NCBI RefSeq assembly: GCF_963921235.1
Contig: NC_086097.1
Coordinates: 190,404,001-190,468,000, forward strand
Source: Mobula hypostoma
Taxonomy: Eukaryota
Direction of reading: 5' to 3'
Length of the DNA stretch: 64,000 nucleotides
Shown here: positions 14,368-24,218 of the stretch, piece after piece
Layout: the number at the start of each line of letters is the position of its first letter
Position numbering within the stretch: the first letter of the stretch is position 1
Program-made: the position numbers and the translations under genes
Notes under the pieces: generated by a model
The model's input: only the letters and a program-made list of their open reading frames with translations
What the model was told of the DNA's origin: nothing
The model's database searches: none

Positions 14368-14762
14368 GCCACACACACAAAGTCAGCAGGCTAGGCAGCA
14401 TCTATGGGAAAAAAGGTATAGTCGATGTTTCGGGCTGGAACACTGGCAGGACTGGAGAAAAAAGGCAGATGAGTAGATTTAACAGGTGGAGAAGGGAAGA
14501 GAGAACCACCAGATAACAGATGAAACCTAGAGGGGGAGAGATGAAGTAAGGAGTTGGGAAGAGTTGGGAAGTTGATTAGTGAAAGAGATAGAAGGCCATG
14601 GAAGAAAGAAAAAGGGGGAGGAGTACCAGAGAAAAGGAAATAAGGTGAGAGAGGGGAAGAGGGGATGGGGAATGGAAAGGGGATATCACCAGAAGTTTGA
14701 GATATCAATGTTCATGCCATCAGGTTGGAGGCCTCCCAAACAGAATATAAGGTGCTGTTCCT
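14368..14762 (-). mobile_element. Penelope-derived fragment (ORF end, pyrimidine-rich UTR and terminal motif)
   Basis: Minus strand reads EQHLIFCLGGLQPDGMNIDISNF*, then a CT-rich tract and cagtcctg...cccgaaacatcgac...gatgctgcctagcctgctga. Confidence 0.75.
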
Positions 14763-14934
14763 AATTGCAATGGAATAGATGGGGGTTCCCAGCACATCTG
14801 GTTTGTGTTAGTTCCCAGTAGAGCAATAATATTAGTCCCATTTCCCTTTCCTTATTTTCTTGTATACCTGCAACTTAACTTCTCAGACACTCTCATTAAC
14901 AATTCTATTTGCCATTAAATGATACTTGTTCCTT

Positions 14935-16600
14935 AAGGTTGTTGTAGCCAGGGGTGGTAGTGGGGATAAACTCCCACTATTTATCAAATGCTCCTAATAG
15001 CATGTGTCACAAATAGCCTCTGATAACCACGTCCAGCTCCTGGTCTTCCTGTGTGGTTTAGCTACTAAGCCCAGTGGAACCATTTCGACTGACAGGAGAA
15101 GGGACAAAGGCATCTTAAAACCAGTTGCTTCAAGCAGATGAAGGAGTACTCTGATCTTAAACCTCCATCGCCTTGTGTCTATACCCACTTATACATCTGG
15201 AGAAGAGGGACACTTTTGTGAGAGTTCTATTCTTGGACTACAGTTCAGCATTTAACACCACAATTCCATCCAGGCTCGACAGGAAGCTCCTAGACTCCGG
15301 CCTTGACCCTGTCTTGTGCAGCTGGATCCTGGACTTCCTGTCAGATCACCAGCAGGTGGTAAGAGTGGGCTCCCTCACCTCTAACACTCTGATTCTCAAT
15401 ACAGGAGCCCCTCAAGGATGTGTACTAAGTCCCCTCCTTTACTCCCTGTATACCCACGACTGTGTAGCCACCCACAGCTCTAATCTGCTACTGCTGATTA
15501 AATTTGCTGACGACACTACATTGATTGGCCTAATCTCAAATAATAATGAGGTGGCCTACAGGGAAGAAGTCATCTCTCTGACACGGTGGTATCAAGGAAA
15601 CAACCTCTCCCTCAATATCGGAAAAACAAAGGAGCTGGTCGTGGATTACAGGAGGAATGGAGACGAGTTAACCCCTATTGACATCAAAGGATCTGGGGTT
15701 GAGAGGGTAAACAGTTTTAAGTTCCTCGGCATCCACACCACAAAGGACCTCACATGGTCTGCACACACCAGCTGTGTGGCGAAAAAGGCACAGCAGCGCC
15801 TATTTCACCTCAGACGGTTGAAGAAGTTTGGTATGGGGCCCCCAAATCCTAAGAACTTTCTACAGTGGCACAATTGAGAGCATCCTGACTGGCTGCATCA
15901 CTGCCTGGTATGGGAACTGTACATCCCTTAATTGCAGGACTCTGCAGTGAGTGGTGCAGACAGCCCAGTGCATCTGTAGTTGTGAACTTCCCATGATTCA
16001 CGACATTTACAAAGACAGGTATGAGAAAAGGCTTGAAGGATCATTGCGGACCCGAGTCACGCCAGCCACAATCGATTCCAGCTGCTACCATCCAGGAAAC
16101 AGTACCACAGCATAAAATCCAGGACCAACAGGCTCCAGGCCAGCTTCTTCCACCAGGCCATCAGACTGATTAACTCACGTTGATCTGAGTGTATTTCTAT
16201 GTTACATTGACTGTTGTATTTATTATAAATTACTATGATTGCACATCACACATTTAGACAGAGATGCAACATAAAGATTTTTACACCTCATGTATATGAA
16301 GGATGTAAGAAATAAAGTCATTTCAATTTAATTCAATTCAATTCATGTGGAAGGCTTTGGGAGTAAACCCTGAGGAAAAATCCGGGGCTGGAGTCCTGAA
16401 AGTCGCCCAAGGTTGAGCTCAATGCTGACTGACAGCTCCTGTGATGCCGCTGGTGCCGAACTGTATTGGATTCATCAGCTGCATGGAGAGAGGGAGCCTG
16501 CTACGTGGGCAACAGCTTGCTCTGCTTATCACACTGCCCTGGCTTGTGTATCATGTAACATCCACGATCGATCCCGACCAGTGGAGGGCCTCAACTGATG
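14935..16600 (+). mobile_element. Probable RTE-type 5' region split by the Rex/Babar insertion at 15190-16343
   Basis: ...cttgtgtctatacccact| resumes at |catgtggaaggctttgggagtaaaccctgagg on the far side of the insertion; family call is from recall. Confidence 0.5.
15190..16343 (+). mobile_element. Rex/Babar LINE, 5'-truncated RT and 3' end
   Basis: LFLDYSSAFNT, GAPQGCVLSPLLYSLY, KFADDTT, LNIGKTKELVVD, KKAQQRLFHLRRL; (aattc)n tail. Confidence 0.95.
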
Positions 16601-18794
16601 CTATTGCACAATTCACAGAAGTTAACCTACTAGCATGACCTTGGTACGTGGGAGGTCAGAGGAAGCTGCCACGTTTACAAGAGGACATACAAACGCTGCG
16701 TTGATATCACCTAAAGTCAGGATGAAACCTGAATCCATGCCGTTGTGAGTAGCAGTGCTAACTACTGCACCGCAATGTCAGAAAGAAATAGTCTTTGAGT
16801 TACATGTACTGTAACCTCAGGCTTGTTTGCCAGTATTTGGAGCAGATACCCCAAATTCAAAACTGGCCCACAGATACTCATTACAACTGCAAAATTCTTG
16901 TGTTAGATATATAGAAAATCAACTATTTTCAAGTATTGATTTATTCCTGCATAAAGGATTTAATTTTAAATTCCAAGACAGTGGTGAAGTCTTTTTCCAA
17001 TTGAACCTACTATAGTATTTTACCTGTCCCCAGAGTGGAAGGTGAATACAGAATCTTCTGTTTTTAAATTACAAGATAAATTGGAATACAAAGCATTTGT
17101 TAAGTAATTTAAAGAAAGTCATTGGATAGCCATGGAACCATTACTAATTAGCCTGTACAATTAATTACATGCAAACGATCTGCTCATTTCTCTCATTAGC
17201 TACAAGCACTTTCTAATTACAAAGGAATTTAAATGGTATGGCAATGCACTAATTCCACAAGACAGTAAATATGCGACAAATCCCTTTTTAAGAATAATCC
17301 CTGGAAACACTTGTAATGACTAGGATCAAAATAAAGTCCCAATGCACAAGTTCTTTTTAACAATGACATGAGATTACAGTTTTCATAACTCACAATAATT
17401 AAATACAAGTTATTACACATTTTCAAATAACAGTTTTGGAACTGTGCTGTGCAATAACTTCTGGACAAAATGAACTGAAAACTCTTAAAAAAGCAATAAA
17501 ATATAAGCTCATTGTGAATGCAATATATTTTTTATGTCTGTTAATGCAGAAAGTAAATTAGGTACCAAGTTTAAGCATTAAAAAAACATCCATGAAGTTA
17601 TAATTTCTTTCTTTATAACTGGCAGGGGATTCTACCATGGTTATAAAGAATGAGTCTCCATGATCCAGTAGTGAACTGCAAGTTTCCTTTTGCAAGCATG
17701 GAGAAATGGGCGTCCGATTTATGCCAAGGATAGTGAACAGAAGACAGCTTCTCTGGAACTTCTGTTGTACTTCACAACTGCTCTCCAACAAGAAAGACAC
17801 AGAAAGTATGGGAGGAATGAAATGGCCTGAGGGAACAAGCATTCCTTTTGCACATCGTAACTGACACTATTGAAATATTATCAATGAAGTACAATTATAA
17901 TTATGGGAATAATTTTGCTTTCATCTTTGTGAAAGCAGGAAACAAGATTTCTCTATTGAAAAATAGGAACTTAAAATAGCTCCAATAAAATTTCACCAAC
18001 CTGAAATGTTTCTCATTTCACAGATGCTGACTCACAAATACAAATTCCCAGTAATTTTTTTGATCAGGAAATCTATATCACACAGTCCAATTATGTTATT
18101 TTATCTAGGTAAGCAACATTCTATAATTTACTTGTTATTGCTCATATTATACATGGTTATCAATCTAAATGAGAAGAATTCTTTGCATCCTCAAGCAGTT
18201 CTGAATGCTTATGTACGAACACAAAAACTGGAAAAGGTAATTTTGCAACATCCATCATTTAATGAGGTAAAATTTGATGTTGCCTAACTCCATGCTTGCC
18301 CCTTTTTCCATAATATTGGTACTTAACATCTATTAATCTTATATAAAATGGAGTGACCTAGGATCAAGTGACACTTGCGAAGGAGTTTCAAGCTTCTACA
18401 ATAATGACACTAATCTATATTAATATATGAGATACAGAACAACAAAGTAAAACCAAAACCTGGTGGAGATGCTCAGTAATTCAGTGAGCATCCGCAGAGA
18501 GGGTAGTGTTAATCTTCAAGCATTATGGTTTTTCCAGCGAATCTTCCATCCTCCACATGAGAGCAGGAAGGAGCATCAAAACAGTTATCAGAGCACCAGA
18601 GAAGTAGGTGAGGAAGGCAGCTGGTGGGACTGAAAGATGGATTGTTCTGCATATCCCATGAAGAGACAGGCATAGCTTGAATTCATTAGCCTCAAAAGTG
18701 AACTCTATTTTTGCAATTTATGCACATTTTGCGATGCATAAAATTTGACGCTGAGCTTTACGACATTATTAGAAGAGGTGGTTAAAAATGGATC

Positions 18795-19170
18795 AATCGC
18801 AGGACTCTGCAGAGAGTGGTGCGGACAGCCGAGCGCATCTGTAGATGTGATCTTCCCACTATTCAGGACATTTACAGAGATAGGGCCAAAGGATCATTGG
18901 GGAACCGAGTCACCCCAACCACAAACTGTTCTAGCTGCTACCATCCAGGAAACTGTACCACAGCATAAAAGCCAGGACCAACAGTTTCTTCCACCAGGCC
19001 ATCAGACTGATTAATTCACTCTGATATAATTGAATTTCTATGCTGTATTGACTGTCCTGTGGTACATATTATTTATTATAAATTACTATAAATTGCACAT
19101 TGAGATGGAGACGTAACAAAGTATTTTACTCCTCGTGTATGTGAAGGATGTAAGAAATAAAGTCAATTCA
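18795..19170 (+). mobile_element. Rex/Babar LINE 3' fragment
   Basis: Same 3' sequence as 15930-16325, ending aataaagtcaattc. Confidence 0.85.
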
Positions 19171-19321
19171 AAATATACAGCTTTTATAAAGGACATATCA
19201 AAGAATCATGGATAGGTATAGAATCATAGAGATTCCAAACTTAGGCCCTCGCTGCTGAAACAATGATTAGCCTCAGATATGTATTTGCATGTTGGGATGA
19301 TTAAGATAGCAGAATATTTTT

Positions 19322-19580
19322 ACTTATTGAGATACAGCACGGAATAGGTCCTTTGGACCCTTCGAGCTTCAGCACTCAGCACACCCTCAATTTAATCCAT
19401 GGGACAATTTACAATGACCAATGGGTCTTTGGACTGTGGGAAGAAACTCGAGCACGTGGAGAACACTCATGTGGGCACAGAGAGAATGTGCCAACTTTTT
19501 ACAGGCAGCGATGGGAATTGAACCCAGGGCACTGACACTCTAAAGCATTGTGCTAACCACTTCACAACCTTGCTATCCCA
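19322..19580 (-). mobile_element. tRNA-derived SINE; related fragments near 390-480, 8725-9000, 12180-12430 and 43290-43620
   Basis: Minus strand has a tRNA-like head (gtggttagcacaatgc...gggttcaattccc) and a 3' end ...ctgtatctcaataa. Confidence 0.7.
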
Positions 19581-20756
19581 AATACAAATACATCAAAACA
19601 GGTATAAGATTGCGTGGTTGAAATGATGGCGATTGGATTTGCTAATGACATATTATTTTCACATTGCTGACTAACGATAAATTGTACATAACATCTTTAT
19701 CATATTAAAATAGTGCAAGTCACCTGAAAAGAGTACTGTCAAGTAAAATTATACATTAAGGCACAGAAGGAAGCATCAAGATAAATCATGTGGTTTTAGA
19801 GAGCAGAGAGGTGAAGTAGTTTGGTTAAGATACCACATAGCTTAAAGCACTGGTAGCCGAAAGAAAGACTACTACAGGTGAAGATTTATAAACAAGGTAA
19901 GTTCAAGAGACTTAAAAGTTGAGGAACATAGATAACTTTTCAGTTTGTATAGCTAATGGAGGTTATTTGATACAGGAACAAAGCCACAGTAGGTTTAGAA
20001 AAAAAAACAGTAGCAAGATTAAGTGTCAGTCAGTCAGTCAGTACAGGGGTGCTAGGTGACCAGGACTTAATATGAGTAAGGACACACTCAGCAGTTTTGA
20101 GTAATCTCAATTTTATAGAACATAAAACATAGAACATGTAAAATTTTAACAATGGGGATATTTTGATAAAGATGAGGCAAAATTAAACAATATTTTTGAG
20201 ATGGAAATAGACAGTCTTAATACTGGCATGGGACGGTGGTTTATAAGTTCATCCCAGGGTCAGTAATAACAATGAGGTTGTAGACAGTTTAATTTGACCT
20301 CAAATACTTGCCAGTGTTACATGCTCAAGGAGATCTGTTTTTTTTTTGTGAGAATGATGTAATGGTCTTTTGGAGGTCACCTGACGTGATTTTCCCATAG
20401 ATGTGAGGTCACGTGATGACATGTGCCCCGTGACTACATAAGGGTCGACCTAGGTGACGCAGTTAGTTTTTGAGTTTGTAGATTTCCAGGTAGAACGTGT
20501 TGTGCCTCCGTTTCTGTTGCGTGTTTGTTTTTGTGACGCAGTTTCATTTTTAAAACGGAAGGTGCATTCTCTTACAAGATGTTGTATTATTGAACTGGAA
20601 ATTTGTGGCTGGAAGTGCCAATTTACTCAATTCCGACAGTTTTGAAGGGAGAGTGAAGAATTCATTGAAGGATTGAGAGAAGTTGGCATCGTTTGGCAGT
20701 TTAATAAAGAATCGACCTTATTGAGTCTTCGTTGGAGAGAACCTGCATCGAGATAA

Positions 20757-21356
20757 TATTGGAAAATGTAAACGCATACATTGTATTTTCTATATTTACT
20801 ATATACGTATTACAGTATTTACTCAACAGTATTTCAGTATTTACTCGAATGCACACATTATATTTTCTATATTTACTATGTAACCACTGCTAGCTGATTA
20901 GAGGGTATTCACTATGTAGCCATGACTTTTGACCTAATCACTATTAATTCATGAAGAGAACTAGAATGAAACTAAGTAGAAAGATAACGGTGGCGAGTAA
21001 GGTAATGAAATATGTGGTAGTATGTCACAACAAGACTAATTAAGAAATAACTGTGGTTAGGGATGAGGGGACACCTGGTCTAAAATGTAAACTAGGACAT
21101 AATTAAATTGGGGAGTAAAACAATAGTGGAAAGTCGAGAGCAGATATATTGATGATATGTAATCACAGGCCGACTGGATATGATAATGTAGCTAAGATAG
21201 GAAATTGTTATAAAAAATGCTGTATACAAGCCTCGGGGGGCAGTCAGCGACTAGCTTTCTGATTGTCTCAGCTTTGATTTGCAAATTAAAGTTTAAAACT
21301 TCTTGAAGGATTTTCTGCGTCTCCTTGTCATTTGTGAGAAACGAGAAACCACGACA
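20757..21356 (+). repeat. ERV 5' LTR (600 bp)
   Basis: Direct repeat of 30290-30708 plus 32249-32419; TATAAAAA at 21209, ATTAAA at 21285, ends ...ACGACA. Confidence 0.97.
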
Positions 21357-21360
21357 AAAT

Positions 21361-21378
21361 TGGCGTCACGAACAGGAT
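21361..21378 (+). promoter_or_regulatory. Primer binding site, probably tRNA-Ser(CGA)
   Basis: TGGCGTCACGAACAGGAT begins 4 nt after the LTR. It is the reverse complement of ATCCTGTTCGTGACGCCA, which I recall as the 3' end of a vertebrate tRNA-Ser(CGA). Confidence 0.8.
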
Positions 21379-21648
21379 CGGATAGGGACCCGTGTGGAAG
21401 GGAACGGCAGATTGGGACGCTTCCCGGTCCCTCGGGGACCCTCACGGGGCTAACAGAATTAAGGGCGCACCCAAAGTAAAAAGGTGAGCGCTTTTTGCGA
21501 TAATTCGGACTAAGAATTCTGTTGGTTTTGGGGGGTCTCGGGGACTCAGAAGTGTGACGCAACTGCCGAAGGGTCTCTCCGATCCAAAGAATCTGGCAGA
21601 ATTGGGGATAAAAGGAGGCTCAGAGGATTAATCAAGAGCACAGCCGTG

Positions 21649-21657
21649 GAGGTAAGT
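21649..21657 (+). promoter_or_regulatory. Candidate major splice donor of the ERV
   Basis: GAG|GTAAGT consensus in the leader between PBS and gag; weaker donors near 21483 and 21705. Confidence 0.6.
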
Positions 21658-22038
21658 ACGAATAAAGTAATAATAAGTTAAGTAAGAAAATTCCACGTGG
21701 TGTTGGTAAGTCCCTGTGGATACCGCTTCACACGAAACGAAGGGCTGAACAGGCAGGGAAGGAGAATTAAAAATCCCCGTGAATACCGCCTTAAGAAGTG
21801 TAAGGGGCTGCATAGGCGAGGTGTAAAAGGAAAAGGTTCTGTGGAAACCGCCCTAAGTAGGGGTCTGCACGGGCAGAACGTAATAAGAAGATAAAGATAG
21901 TTTAATAGATAATTCAGACGCGGGTGAGATAAACCTTAAGGCTAGGCATAGAAATAGAGTTAGAAAAATAGTACTATTAAATAGGCAAGTAATGAGATTC
22001 TAAAAATACCATAATAGAAAAAGGAAAAAGAGAACAAC

Positions 22039-24218
22039 ATGACAGAGAAAGGAACAGCAGTAGAAATATTGAGCAGAAAATACCCGGTCAAGGTAAGATC
22101 GCGGAAATTTCAGAAAAATGGGAAAAAAGGACGAAAGAACTGGTCACGAAATGGCCAAGAGAAGGAACATTTGATGTAAGCTTATGTGAGGAAATGGAAG
22201 CACTAATTAAAAATCATAAACCCAAAGATAAATCTAAGAAAAGAGAAGGAAAAAGGGAACAAGAAATGGAAGTGTTAAAACTCATTAGGATGGAGGGAGA
22301 AAGATCAAGAAAGACGGGAAGTATATTAATAGTAAGTAAAAAAGACACTGAGAAACGAAACAAGCAGTCTGATAAAGAAAAGGAAAAGCATAACAGGTAT
22401 CCAGCTTCGGCTCTATACCCAGACCTGAAAGACGTAGAGAAACCTCCTCCCTATTATGAGAAAGAAACCCTTAAGCAGTGTCCGATGATCACAGGAAGAG
22501 TGGATCTAAATGGAGAAATTAAAGTCTGGGATACCAAGGAGGGAAGAAAGAATCACAAAAAGGAGCAGGAGGAACTACGGAAGTTAATAGAAGAAGACAG
22601 GGCAAAGATAGAACAGGAGAAAAGGGAAATAGTAGAAGAGATCAAAGGGTTACAGGAATTAAAAGCGAAAAGGGATGAAGAGAAATCTTTGTTATATGGG
22701 CACAGAACTGAACAGGCCAGAGCAGAAGGAGACTTGTCGGGAGAACAAGAGTTAAGTAGCGAAGGAGAGGGTACGAGAGAATGTAGGCAGAGGATAGAAG
22801 ACAGGAGCCTTGAAGGGGAAAAAGAGATAGTGAAAAGGCAGATATTAGAAACAGAGGGAGAGATTAGGGAATTACAGCGCAGACTGAATTTCCAACGAGA
22901 GTTTGAGGATTTCGCATGGGCCAAAGCAAATGCTAGCTCAAGGCAGAAAGGAAGAACTCCACAAGGAGGCCAAGGGAGAAAGGAAACCCCGGAAAGAATC
23001 ATGTGGCAGCCAGTAAAAACGTGCTCAGAGACAGATGGGGAGTCAGGTGAGGAGGAGAGTCAGGAGATGTGGGAAAGGAAAGGGAGAACAATGCCGTTGT
23101 TAGTAAAAGGATTGGGACAAGTACAGTATATTCCTTGGGGATCCCAGGACCTGGAAGGGCTGAAAAACACCCTGCCCAGCCTACATGAGGGTGCAGGGAA
23201 GTGGATTAGGGCCTTTGAGGAAGAAACCACGGGACGAATGTTGGCTAAGAGAGATTTAAAGGCGCTGCTGATAAGGCTGATGGGAACCTCCAAACTACAA
23301 GAGTTGATGGAAGCGGCTGGCATACAGAATGCGGACAGCACGCTGATTGACAGGGCCAGATTTGACACAGTGAGGCAGAGGGTATGGGGGGCCCTCAGGG
23401 AGCTCTATCCACCCAAAATGGACCCCAAAGCCATGAAAGGGGATCCACTGGGAGACACTGAAAATCCAGCAGCCTATATAGAAAATCAGTTGAAAAGGTG
23501 GAGACTGGAAACTGAACAAGAGGTGGAAGGCAACTCATTTATGACCTGGATGTTCCGAAATGCTGTTTTGGATGCGATGCCTTCCCAAGTTAAGTCTAAA
23601 CTTGAGGAAGTGGTTGGACTGATGTCAATGACCCCACAGGAATTCAGGGACCACGTAGTCCATGCGGTCGAAAAATATCGAAAAGACAAACGAAAGTTGA
23701 CTGAGCAGCAAGAAGAAGGGCAAAGAAAGCTGTTACAAATGCAGCTTGAAGAACTTAAAAAGGAAAAAGGAAAAGGCAAGAAGATGCTGCCAGCAATGAC
23801 CGATTTAAGCACAGCCGTTGAAATGAATGAAATGCCATTATATGGAGGGACCGGTCATGCCGTAAGACAGAGCCCAGAAAACCCCATGCCAATAATAAAC
23901 GTCTTTGGGGGTGCTTTTCCACAGATGCCCTATCAGGGACAGGATAAATTTAAACAGCAGCCCAGACAGGACTGGAAATCCCAAGGAAGGGGGCAGAGAG
24001 GTTATGGGCAGGAAGGACCAGTAAGGAAACAGGGGGGAAGAGAGATACAGAGACTGTGCTGGGGATGTAACCAGCCAGGACACATAAGAAGGGACTGCCC
24101 ACTTAGGCCATGGGCCGTCGCATACCAGCGGGAACCAATGAGAGGGGAACCACAGTCTAGCCAAGGACCAGCCCCCGCAGGGCCGAATGGACCCGTGAAC
24201 CCCTATGCAAGACATTAG
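22039..24218 (+). pseudogene. gag: ERV Gag (one frameshift near 22095; open 22194-24218)
   Basis: ATG at 22039; matrix motif KWPREGTFD lies upstream of 22194 in the main frame; late domains LYPDL (22413) and PPPY (22443); capsid YIPWGSQDL...; single zinc knuckle CWGCNQPGHIRRDC; ends in TAG. Confidence 0.93.

Noticed and set aside
21293..21894. Short ORFs in the ERV leader as an accessory gene like WDSV orf C
   Set aside because: They have non-ATG starts or antisense orientation and low-complexity products; the region is better explained as structured RNA.
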